A stretch of 52,581 bases of DNA from Hyphomicrobiales bacterium (GTDB lineage Bacteria > Pseudomonadota > Alphaproteobacteria > Rhizobiales > Hyphomicrobiaceae). The position numbers and the translations under genes are program-made. Positions within the stretch are counted from its first letter, which is position 1; the number at the start of each line of letters is the position of its first letter. Shown piece after piece: positions 8,512 through 17,221 of this stretch. Where the stretch lies: NCBI GenBank assembly GCA_031419415.1, contig JANOKV010000503.1, forward strand, positions 1 to 52,581, given 5' to 3'. The notes below the pieces were generated by a model. It was not told the origin of the DNA and searched no databases. It saw only the letters and a list, made by a program, of their open reading frames with translations.

Positions 8512-9486
8512 ATGCGCTCTTTCGTATTGGTCGCAGCTCTCGCCACTGCCCTGCCGGCAGCCGCTCTCGCCCAGGCCGTTCAGCTCGACCCCGCACTGGC
8601 GGACTACAAACAAGTCTCGGGCGTATCGGGATCGCTCAAGTCCATCGGGTCGGACTCGCTCAACAACCTGATGACGTTGTGGGCGGAAGGCTTCCGCGCC
8701 AGCTATCCCAACGTCCAGATCGAAATCGAAGGCAAGGGCTCGACGACCGCCCCGCCGGCCCTGGTCGCCGGCACCGCCCAGTTCGGGCCCATGTCGCGCC
8801 CCATGAAAGGCGCCGAGATCGACAGCTTCGAAAAGAAGTTCGGCTACAAACCGACGGCCATTCGCACCGCCGTCGACGCGCTGGCCGTTTACGTCCACAA
8901 AGACAACCCGATCAAGTGCCTGAGTCTCCAGCAGGTCGACGCGATGTTCTCCAAGACGCGTCGCGGTGGCGAAAAGGCCGACATTGCCACGTGGGGTCAA
9001 CTCGGATTGACGGGAGACTGGGCGGCACGCTCCATCTCGCTCTATGGGCGCAACTCAGCTTCGGGCACATATGGCTACTTCAAAGAAGTCGGCCTTTTCA
9101 ACGGCGACTACAAGGATAGCGTCAAGGAGCAGCCGGGCTCGTCGACCGTGGTGCAAGGTGTGGCTTCCGACATCGCCGGCGTCGGATACTCCGGCATCGG
9201 CTATAAAACGGCCGACGTGAAATCCGTACCCATATCGGCCAAGACCGGCGAAACCTGCTACGATGCGACAGCGGAGAACGCCTATGCCGGAGATTTTCCC
9301 ATCGCCCGGTTTCTCTACGTCTACGTCAATCGCAACCCCGCACAGCGGCTCGATCCTGTCCGCGCCGAGTTCATTCGCTACATGCTGTCAAAGCAGGGCC
9401 AGCAAGCCACCCTCAAGGACGGTTACTTTCCGGTGGCTGGAATGACCGCCAAGGCCGATCTCAAAGCCGCCGGCCTCGAAAAGTGA
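8512..9486 (+). CDS. pstS: phosphate ABC transporter substrate-binding protein
   Basis: 324 aa, ATG preceded by AGGAGG, signal peptide. PstS-family blocks 'GSDSLNNLM', 'EGKGSTTAPPAL', 'FGPMSRPM', 'GRNSASGTY', first gene of pstSCAB. Confidence 0.9.
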   Translation: MRSFVLVAALATALPAAALAQAVQLDPALADYKQVSGVSGSLKSIGSDSLNNLMTLWAEGFRASYPNVQIEIEGKGSTTAPPALVAGTAQFGPMSRPMKGAEIDSFEKKFGYKPTAIRTAVDALAVYVHKDNPIKCLSLQQVDAMFSKTRRGGEKADIATWGQLGLTGDWAARSISLYGRNSASGTYGYFKEVGLFNGDYKDSVKEQPGSSTVVQGVASDIAGVGYSGIGYKTADVKSVPISAKTGETCYDATAENAYAGDFPIARFLYVYVNRNPAQRLDPVRAEFIRYMLSKQGQQATLKDGYFPVAGMTAKADLKAAGLEK

Positions 9487-9547
9487 GCTTGCACGTGCAG
9501 CCTGCTGTAAACTGTTCGTTGGCGGTGTCGGACGCCCGGAGATTGTG

Positions 9548-12166
9548 ATGGACGCGCGCACCGACCCCGAACACCGCGAGCCTTCTGCGCGACCGTCGCG
9601 GCGATCGCATCAGACCCGTTGGTCCGTCAAGGCAATGGACAAGGCCGCCGATTGGATCATCAAGATCGGCGGCATCTTCGTCATTCTCGCCGTGTTCGGC
9701 ATCATGGCATTTCTGGTGCGCGTGGTCGTACCGCTCTTCACGGGTGGGCACCTCGAAGCCCGCACCCAACACAACTACGCCAACGTCGGCGAAACCGTGC
9801 TCGCCGAAACTGACGAGTATCATACGGTCCTCGCACTCGTGCAGCGCGACGGGACGGTGCGCATATCGCATCTCCTCACCGGTCAGCCGCTGAAGCCGAC
9901 CGCCTTCGATTTCGAGGGGCGCAAAGCAACTGCCTTTGCCCGCACGCTAACGACAGGCGATTTTGCCTTCGGCTTCGAGGACGGCAGTGTCGCGTTCGGC
10001 AAGCTGACGCTGGCCGCGACGATCCTCACCGCCGCCGACCTACCCAAGGATGCGACGACCCTGGGGGAACGCGATTGGACGGACGGGTCGGCTGTTTTTT
10101 CCCGCATCCCTGGAAACCAGATCCGCCGCGTCGAAGCTTCCATCGAGTTGCAGCCACCGCAAAAAATATCCGATCGCCCGATCGTATCGATCGACTATCA
10201 CATCGCCGGCACAACCGAGCGACCGACGCGGACGTTCGTCACGATCGACGCTGCGAGAAGCGTGCGCCTGTCGCGCGCCGAGAGCCGTATCAACACCATG
10301 ACCGGTGCAGTGCGCACCAACCTGGCGACCACCGACCTTCCTGATCTGCCCGCCGACATCGAATTGAAGAGCGCTTTCACCGTCGATGCGGGCGATCAAG
10401 TTTATCTGCCAGACGTGAGTGGAACGATCTGGCGCTACGACACCCGCGACTTCAAGGCTCCCAGACTTGCCGAAAAAGTGAAACTTCTGCCCGATGGCAT
10501 TCAACTCACCGCGATCAGTTTTCTGATCGGCGAGCAGTCCCTCGTCGTCGGCGGCTCGGACGGCAGGGTGTATGTCTACTTTAGGTTGCTCCGCGCCGAC
10601 GCCCAATCGACGGACGGATTTACGCTCGTACGTGCGCACAGCCTCGAGACGCAACCCGCCGCCGTCATAGGTATCGCGCCCAGTCCCCGGTCGAAAATGT
10701 TCGCCACCGCCGACATCTCGGGCGCCGTTTGGCTACGCCATTCGACCTGTCGGCAAACGCTTTTGATACTCCCCGGCGCGAGCCCCGCGGAACAAACGTC
10801 GACGCTGCTGATGGGCCCCCGCGAAGACAGCATCATCGCCGTATCGCCATCGGGGCGCACGACCACCTGGCAAGTGAATGTGCCCCATCCAGAGACGACC
10901 TGGAGCACGATCTTCGGACGCGTCTGGTACGAAGGCTATGATGCGCCGGGACTTACGTGGCAGTCTTCTTCCGGTACGGATCAATTCGAGCCCAAATTCA
11001 GCCTCGTGCCGCTGATCTTCGGGACGCTGAAAGCCACATTCTACGCGTTGTTGTTCGCCGTGCCGATCTCGCTCGCCGCCGCCATCTATACGAGTGAGTT
11101 CGTGCCGCCCTCCGTGCGTCAGACCGTCAAACCCGCCATGGAGATGATGGCGTCACTTCCTTCGGTCGTCTTGGGCTTCGTTGCCGCGCTGATCCTCGCT
11201 CCATTGGTCGAAACCTGGATCGCGGCCGTGCTCATGCTATTCGTGGCAATTCCGCTATCCCTGCTCGTTGCGGGATATCTGTGGCAATTCATACCGGGCC
11301 ATCTCGCCCGCCGTTGGCAAGGCCTGATGCGCTTCGTCGTGATTATCGCCGTGGTCTGCACCGGCGGCTGGCTCGCGTTTCAGCTCTCAGTCCCGCTCGA
11401 GTCACTGCTGTTTTCCGGCAACCTCAAAGCCTGGGCCAACCGCGATATTGGTTCAGGCATTCCCTTCACGGCGCTGGTCCTAACGCCCGTCACGGCGCTC
11501 GGACTGGCCGTTATCCTGCGCGGCAGTGTGGGCGACGCGGTGGCCCAACGGATGCGGGGTGTTTCACCGAGGATGGCTGCTGCCATCGATCTGGGCCACT
11601 GGGTCGTCCACCTCATGGTCGCCGCTCTCCTGGCACTGATCGTTGCCTGGACCCTTGCCGCACTGGGCTTCGATCCGCGAGGCGGCGTGGTCGCTACCTA
11701 CGTTCAACGCAACACTTTGATTGTCGGCTTCGCCATGGGTTTTGCCGTCATACCGATCATCTACACGATCAGCGAAGACGCGCTCAACGCCGTGCCCGAG
11801 CATTTGCGCGCGGCGGCCCTCGCCTGTGGCGCCACGCCGTGGCAGACCGCGACCCGTGTCATTCTGCCGACCGCCCTGTCAGGTGTATTCGCAGCCGTCA
11901 TGATCGGCATGGGCCGGGCAGTCGGTGAAACCATGATCGTGGTCATGGCGGCAGGAAATACGCCCATTCTCGAATGGAACGTGTTCAACGGCCTGCGCGC
12001 ACTGTCAGCCAACATCGCCGTCGAACTGCCCGAAGCGGTCAAGGACGGCTCGCTCTACCGCATGTTGTTTCTGGCCGCGTTGACGCTGTTCGTCATGACC
12101 TTCATCGTCAACACCATCGCCGAGGTGATCCGCCAGCGCTTCCGCAAGCGCGCCGTCTCCCTCTAG
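9548..12166 (+). CDS. pstC: phosphate ABC transporter permease, long form with ~480-aa N-terminal extracytoplasmic extension
   Basis: ATG at 9548 (GTG 9545 and ATG 9635 are alternatives). One TM helix, then a ~480-aa soluble region, then a PstC-type permease core with 'EDALNAVPEHLRAAALACGATPWQT' EAA loop. Lies between pstS and pstA. Confidence 0.85.
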   Translation: MDARTDPEHREPSARPSRRSHQTRWSVKAMDKAADWIIKIGGIFVILAVFGIMAFLVRVVVPLFTGGHLEARTQHNYANVGETVLAETDEYHTVLALVQRDGTVRISHLLTGQPLKPTAFDFEGRKATAFARTLTTGDFAFGFEDGSVAFGKLTLAATILTAADLPKDATTLGERDWTDGSAVFSRIPGNQIRRVEASIELQPPQKISDRPIVSIDYHIAGTTERPTRTFVTIDAARSVRLSRAESRINTMTGAVRTNLATTDLPDLPADIELKSAFTVDAGDQVYLPDVSGTIWRYDTRDFKAPRLAEKVKLLPDGIQLTAISFLIGEQSLVVGGSDGRVYVYFRLLRADAQSTDGFTLVRAHSLETQPAAVIGIAPSPRSKMFATADISGAVWLRHSTCRQTLLILPGASPAEQTSTLLMGPREDSIIAVSPSGRTTTWQVNVPHPETTWSTIFGRVWYEGYDAPGLTWQSSSGTDQFEPKFSLVPLIFGTLKATFYALLFAVPISLAAAIYTSEFVPPSVRQTVKPAMEMMASLPSVVLGFVAALILAPLVETWIAAVLMLFVAIPLSLLVAGYLWQFIPGHLARRWQGLMRFVVIIAVVCTGGWLAFQLSVPLESLLFSGNLKAWANRDIGSGIPFTALVLTPVTALGLAVILRGSVGDAVAQRMRGVSPRMAAAIDLGHWVVHLMVAALLALIVAWTLAALGFDPRGGVVATYVQRNTLIVGFAMGFAVIPIIYTISEDALNAVPEHLRAAALACGATPWQTATRVILPTALSGVFAAVMIGMGRAVGETMIVVMAAGNTPILEWNVFNGLRALSANIAVELPEAVKDGSLYRMLFLAALTLFVMTFIVNTIAEVIRQRFRKRAVSL

Positions 12167-12191
12167 CACGCAGACCGAGGATATCGCTGTC

Positions 12192-13934
12192 ATGCCCGGC
12201 ACGACTGCCGAAAAACAATTGGCGGATGACGGGGAAGCGCTGCCCGAACGGGGCCGAACCCGCCGCGAGCGCGCGACAGATCTCGCCGCCAATGGCGAGC
12301 CGGCGCAATGGCTACTGGGCGGCGCATTGGCCGTCGGGCTCGCCATGATCGTGGGCCTTCTCGGCCTCATCATCTGGAATGGGATCGTCACTTTTTGGCC
12401 CAAACCGATCGAAGTCGTGACATTGACCACCGGCGCCGTCATCGCCGGCGAGCCGATCCGATCGGAGGCCTACAAAGTCCCCGCCGACACCCTCGCGGCG
12501 CTACCCGTGGAAACGCGCGCCACCATTGAGCGCAACGCGGGCTTCGCCAATCGGACGCTCTACAAGGTCGGAAATTTCGATATCTACAACGACGACTTTC
12601 GCTGGATCTCCGACTTCGAGGCAACCGCACGGACGCAGCCCGCTGGCCAAGTCTATCTAGAGCGAATGGAATGGGGTGTCGCCATCGGCCGCATCACCAA
12701 GATCATCGCTGACGGCCGTGACGTGACGGGTGATCGCGCAGCCATTGCGGTGGCCCACGACGCGGCGCGACGACGCTGGGATACGATCCGCCACATCGAA
12801 CGGCGCCGCATCGGCGATATCAACCACGAAATCGAACGCGAACGGTTGGGCCTGCGCAAGCTGGCACTGCACAGTGGAGGGTCGAGCCCCGCCTACGAAA
12901 TGGCGGAACGCCAATCCACTACGCACATCGCAGAACTGGGTGCACGCTACGCCACACTTGCTGCCGAAGCGGCCGATCTCAAGAAAAGAAACGAAAACTC
13001 GACCCTGACATTCACCGAAATCGGTGGCGTGGAGAAGGCGCACAAGCTCTCCGAAATCGTGCGATTTTACGCGGCCAACGAAATCGGCCTCGTCGCGAAG
13101 CTGCGCATCTATCTGTCGCGGTGGGCGGAGTTCCTCACCGAAGAGCCGCGCGAAGCCAACACCGAAGGCGGGGTGTTGCCGGCCATCTTCGGCACCTTCA
13201 CGATGACGTTGTTGCTGGTCGTCATCGTTGCGCCGTTCGGCGTCATCACGGCCCTCTATCTGCGCGAGTACGCGCGGCAAGGCCCGCTCGTGTCGGCCGT
13301 GCGTATTTCTGTGAACAACCTCGCGGGCGTGCCTGCCATCGTCTACGGCGTCTTTGGTCTGGGCTTTTTCGCCTACATCCTGGGAGGCACGATCGACCAG
13401 ATCTTCTTCCCCGAGCGCTTGCCCAATCCCACGTTCGGTACCGGTGGCCTGCTCTGGGCTGCCTTGACGCTCGCGTTGTTGACGGTTCCTGTCGTCATCG
13501 TCGCGACGGAAGAAGCCTTGGCGTCCGTGCCCCGCTCGACGCGGGAAGGGGCACTCGCCTGTGGCGCGTCCAAATGGCAGATGATCCAGCGCATCGTGCT
13601 GCCGCGCGCCATGCCCGGCATAATGACCGGCCTGATCCTGGCGATGGCGCGTGGGGCGGGTGAAGTCGCGCCCCTCATGCTGGTGGGCGTCGTCAAGCTC
13701 GCGCCCGAGCTGCCGATCGATCACCACTTCCCCTACATTCACCTCGAGCGCAGCTTCATGCACTTGGGCTTCCACATCTACGATGTCGGCTTTCAGTCGA
13801 GGAATTCCGAGGCCGGAAAGCCCATGGTATTCGTGACGACGCTGCTGCTCATCGCGCTGATCTTCGTCATGAACATCACAGCCATCATGGTCCGCAACCG
13901 CCTCAAGCGTCGGTTCCAGGGCGCCACCTTCTGA
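12192..13934 (+). CDS. pstA: phosphate ABC transporter permease, long form (DUF3333-type N-terminal region)
   Basis: 580 aa, ATG after GAGGA. TM1 followed by a ~250-aa insertion, then PstA core with 'EEALASVPRSTREGALACGASKWQMI'. Confidence 0.85.
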   Translation: MPGTTAEKQLADDGEALPERGRTRRERATDLAANGEPAQWLLGGALAVGLAMIVGLLGLIIWNGIVTFWPKPIEVVTLTTGAVIAGEPIRSEAYKVPADTLAALPVETRATIERNAGFANRTLYKVGNFDIYNDDFRWISDFEATARTQPAGQVYLERMEWGVAIGRITKIIADGRDVTGDRAAIAVAHDAARRRWDTIRHIERRRIGDINHEIERERLGLRKLALHSGGSSPAYEMAERQSTTHIAELGARYATLAAEAADLKKRNENSTLTFTEIGGVEKAHKLSEIVRFYAANEIGLVAKLRIYLSRWAEFLTEEPREANTEGGVLPAIFGTFTMTLLLVVIVAPFGVITALYLREYARQGPLVSAVRISVNNLAGVPAIVYGVFGLGFFAYILGGTIDQIFFPERLPNPTFGTGGLLWAALTLALLTVPVVIVATEEALASVPRSTREGALACGASKWQMIQRIVLPRAMPGIMTGLILAMARGAGEVAPLMLVGVVKLAPELPIDHHFPYIHLERSFMHLGFHIYDVGFQSRNSEAGKPMVFVTTLLLIALIFVMNITAIMVRNRLKRRFQGATF

Positions 13935-13951
13935 TCCGAAAGTAGACAGCC

Positions 13952-14764
13952 ATGACCGCGACGACGCTCAGTCCCGACAAGACCGCCTACCACGTACAAG
14001 CCGGACCGGATGGCGAGAGCTTCACGGTGGCCGACTTCAATCTATGGTACGGCGCCAAACAGGCCCTCTTCGACATCGACATGAAACTGCAGCGTGGGCT
14101 CGTCACCTCTATCATCGGTCCGTCCGGTTGCGGGAAATCGACCCTGCTTCGTTGCATGAACCGCATGAATGATCTCGTCGAAGGATTGCGCGTGTCGGGT
14201 AGCATGGCTCTGGACGGGTCCGACATCTATGCGCCTGGCATCGATGTTATCGCGCTGCGCAAACGCATGGGCATGGTGTTCCAGAAGCCCAATCCTTTCC
14301 CCATGTCGATCGCCGAGAACGTCATCTTCCCACTGCGCGTCGACGGCGTGCGTGACAAGACCATCCTCGAGGAAACCACCGAGCGGGCCCTACGGGGCGC
14401 GGCGCTCTGGGACGAGGTCAAGGATCGCTTGAAGGAAAGCGCCCTGGGACTTTCAGGCGGCCAGCAGCAGCGGCTGTGCATCGCGCGCGCTGTCGCTGGC
14501 GATCCCGAAGTTCTGCTGATGGACGAGCCTTGCTCCGCACTCGATCCGATCGCGACCAGCCGCATCGAGGAATTGATCGACGAACTCAAGGGCCGCTACA
14601 CCATCATCATCGTCACCCACAATATGCAGCAGGCGGGGCGCGTTTCCGACAATACGGCCTTCATGTATCTCGGCCGCCTGATCGAGTACGGCGACACCCA
14701 AACCATCTTCACCGGCCCCAAACTGCGCCGCACCCAAGACTACGTCACCGGCCGATTCGGCTGA
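13952..14764 (+). CDS. pstB: phosphate ABC transporter ATP-binding protein
   Basis: 270 aa. 'GPSGCGKST', '[13 protein letters not shown]', '[14 protein letters not shown]', '[12 protein letters not shown]', '[10 protein letters not shown]', 'YVTGRFG' end typical of PstB. Confidence 0.95.
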   Translation: MTATTLSPDKTAYHVQAGPDGESFTVADFNLWYGAKQALFDIDMKLQRGLVTSIIGPSGCGKSTLLRCMNRMNDLVEGLRVSGSMALDGSDIYAPGIDVIALRKRMGMVFQKPNPFPMSIAENVIFPLRVDGVRDKTILEETTERALRGAALWDEVKDRLKESALGLSGGQQQRLCIARAVAGDPEVLLMDEPCSALDPIATSRIEELIDELKGRYTIIIVTHNMQQAGRVSDNTAFMYLGRLIEYGDTQTIFTGPKLRRTQDYVTGRFG

Positions 14765-14771
14765 CGAACCG

Positions 14772-14805
14772 ACGGACGAACGGCGCCAATTCTGTCCGTG
14801 ATTTT
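14772..14805 (+). terminator. possible intrinsic terminator after pstB
   Basis: ACGGACGAA / TTC(T)GTCCGT stem (9 bp, one bulge) followed by GATTTT. Starts 8 nt after the pstB stop. Confidence 0.3.
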
Positions 14806-14962
14806 CCGAAGGTCGCGTTTGTGGTGCGGCCAGCCTCCTCCGGGTGTTCATCGCGGGGGGCGTGCGCTATAAGTCGCCTCGTCCGACGCCTTGGACTATC
14901 GCCAGGGAAGACGGAGGTCGTGCTTTGGCCCCACCCCCGTCCATGATTATGGAGAGCTCCGG

Positions 14963-15652
14963 TTGATCGACGCCAGCGCCTTCGATCTGATCCTGAGGGG
15001 GGATCCTGCGCTCTATGCCATCGTCAGACTCTCGCTGATCGTGACGATGGCTGCCACCGCCTTTGCAGCACTTGTCGGCTTTCCCGTGGGCGCCGTCGTC
15101 GCGCTAACGCGGTTTCCAGGGCGCACGGCCCTCGTCGTCGGTCTAAACGCCATGATGGGCCTGCCGCCGGTCGTCGTCGGCCTGACAATCTACTTGCTGT
15201 TGTCGCGTTCGGGGCCCCTCGGCGATCTGGGTTTGCTATTCACACCGTCCGCCATGATCATCGCGCAAGCGATCCTCATTGGTCCGATCATCGCCGCCTT
15301 GACCCGCCAGGTGATCGAGGATTTGTGGGCCGAGTATCGCGATGAATTGACGGCGATGGACTTGGGCGCGTTGGCCAGAATGCGGGCACTGCTGTGGGAT
15401 GCCCGATTTTCACTCGCTACGATCGCACTTGCCGGATTCGGCCGTGCGTCGGCGGAGGTTGGCGCCGTGATGATCGTCGGGGGCAATATCGATGGCTTCA
15501 CGCGCGTCATGACGACCACCATTGCGCTCGAAACCTCGAAGGGAAATCTCTCGCTCGCCATTGGATTGGGGATCGTCCTGATCACCATCATCCTCGCGAT
15601 CAACGCGCTGGCTTGGGCCGTTCGCGATTGGGGCTTGCGCCGTGCGGGATGA
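14963..15652 (+). CDS. tupB: tungstate/oxyanion ABC transporter permease (TupB-like)
   Basis: ORF opens at 14891. TTG at 14963 follows GGAGAG by 6 nt and gives the ~229-aa size usual for this family. Six TM segments, EAA-like 'ALARMRALLWDARFSLATIALAGFGRA'. Confidence 0.75.
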   Translation: MIDASAFDLILRGDPALYAIVRLSLIVTMAATAFAALVGFPVGAVVALTRFPGRTALVVGLNAMMGLPPVVVGLTIYLLLSRSGPLGDLGLLFTPSAMIIAQAILIGPIIAALTRQVIEDLWAEYRDELTAMDLGALARMRALLWDARFSLATIALAGFGRASAEVGAVMIVGGNIDGFTRVMTTTIALETSKGNLSLAIGLGIVLITIILAINALAWAVRDWGLRRAG

Positions 15653-16373
15653 TGTCGGGAGCAGTCCATCGGGCTTGCTGCCGCTTGGTTTCGAAAGCGT
15701 TGGCGTCATCGCCGGGAAAACCTCGATCCTCACCGACCTGACGCTCACACTCGAAGCCGGCGCGCCTACGATTCTCATCGGCCCGAACGGTTCGGGAAAA
15801 ACGACGCTCCTGCGCCTCGCGATGGGCCTCATCATCCCCGACACCGGGCAAATCACGTTTCGTGGCCGCCCCTTTGCCGCTGACGGCCGTCGCGCGATCG
15901 TGTTCCAGCGACCCGTCATGTTGCGCCGAACGGTAGCCGCGAACGTGGCCTTTGCGCTCGACGCCGCTGGTCGCGCGGCCAGCAGCGCAGCAGTGCACGC
16001 CGTCCTCGATCGCACCGGTCTGGCAGAATTGTCGGATCGCCCCGCGCGCCGGCTCTCGGGCGGCGAACAACAACGCCTAGCGCTCGCCCGCGCCCTGGCG
16101 CGCGACCCCGAAGTTCTCTTCCTCGATGAACCGACGGCAAGCCTCGATCCTGCTCAGACCAAGATCATCGAAGATCTCATCGCGGGCGTCGCTGCCACCG
16201 GCGTCAAGATCGTGATGGCAACCCACGATTTGGGCGAAGCCCGCCGGCTCGCAGGTGATGTCGTCTTCCTCGTCCGGGGCCGCCTCGTCGAGCATGCCCC
16301 GGCCACCCATTTCTTCACGTCACCCGCGAGCGAAGCGGCCCGCCGCTTCCTCGCTGGCGACCTCGTCCTTTGA
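15642..16373 (+). CDS. tupC: ABC transporter ATP-binding protein (TupC-like)
   Basis: 243 aa, GTG start overlapping the tupB stop. 'GPNGSGKTT', 'LSGGEQQRLALARAL', 'LFLDEPTASLDP'. Confidence 0.8.
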   Translation: MRDDVGSSPSGLLPLGFESVGVIAGKTSILTDLTLTLEAGAPTILIGPNGSGKTTLLRLAMGLIIPDTGQITFRGRPFAADGRRAIVFQRPVMLRRTVAANVAFALDAAGRAASSAAVHAVLDRTGLAELSDRPARRLSGGEQQRLALARALARDPEVLFLDEPTASLDPAQTKIIEDLIAGVAATGVKIVMATHDLGEARRLAGDVVFLVRGRLVEHAPATHFFTSPASEAARRFLAGDLVL

Positions 16374-16386
16374 AAAGGACACACCG

Positions 16387-17211
16387 ATGCGTCTCCTCGC
16401 GACCCGATTGCTCCCCGTCATCCTGGCTTTGTGCAGCCTCGGCACGGCGACCCAAGCACAGAACAAATCGATCGTCGTCGCCTCGACCACATCGACGCAA
16501 GACTCGGGCCTCTTCGGATACCTCCTGCCGTTGTTCCATTCGAAGACCGGAATCACCGTCAAAGTGATCGCGCAGGGCACGGGCCAAGCCCTCGAGACCG
16601 CACGCCGGGGCGACGCCGACGTCGTCTTCGTGCATGCCAAGGCGCAGGAAGAAAGGTTCGTCGCTGATGGCTTCGGCGTGAAACGATACGACGTGATGTA
16701 CAATGATTTCGTGCTGATCGGACCGAAGTCCGATCCTGCCTCGGTCAACGGCGGCAGGGACGTCGCAGCCGCCCTGAAAGCCATCAATGCCAAGGCCGCG
16801 CCCTTCGTGTCGCGCGGCGACAAATCGGGAACGCACACGGCGGAACTCGCGCTGTGGAAAGCTGCCGATCTCGATCCGGCCGCCGCCAAACCTTCCTGGT
16901 ATCGCGAGATCGGCCAAGGCATGGGAGCGGCCCTCAACACTGCCGGTGCCATGGGCGCTTACGTACTGGCCGACCGCGGCACCTGGCTCAGCTTCAAGGC
17001 CAAAGGCAATCTCACCATCATCGTCGAAGGCGATTCACGTCTCTTCAACCCCTACGGCATCATCCTGGTCAATCCGGCTCGCCAGCCTACGGTGAAAGCC
17101 GATCTCGGTCAAACCTTCATCGACTGGATCCTCTCCACCGAAGGTCAAGCCGCAATCGCTGGTTTCCAGATCGAGGGCAAACAATTGTTCGTCCCCAGTG
17201 CGGGGAGGTAA
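16387..17211 (+). CDS. tupA: tungstate ABC transporter substrate-binding protein (TupA-like)
   Basis: ATG at 16387 gives a signal peptide (MRLLATRLLPVILALCSLGTATQA). 'VASTTSTQDSGL' anion-binding motif, 'GTGQALE..RRGDADVVFVHA', 'RGDKSGTH' typical of the TupA/COG2998 family. Confidence 0.8.
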   Translation: MRLLATRLLPVILALCSLGTATQAQNKSIVVASTTSTQDSGLFGYLLPLFHSKTGITVKVIAQGTGQALETARRGDADVVFVHAKAQEERFVADGFGVKRYDVMYNDFVLIGPKSDPASVNGGRDVAAALKAINAKAAPFVSRGDKSGTHTAELALWKAADLDPAAAKPSWYREIGQGMGAALNTAGAMGAYVLADRGTWLSFKAKGNLTIIVEGDSRLFNPYGIILVNPARQPTVKADLGQTFIDWILSTEGQAAIAGFQIEGKQLFVPSAGR

Positions 17212-17221
17212 TAAGCGTCAC

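Noticed and set aside
12657-13775. 372-aa minus-strand ORF antisense to pstA. Similar cases: 24466-25521 antisense to the Rieske gene, 28784-29998 antisense to tctB/tctC, 6947-7807 across modC/gloB.
   Set aside because: All are shadow ORFs within genes that carry strong family motifs on the other strand. Their composition is Arg/Asp/Gly-biased with no recognisable domains.
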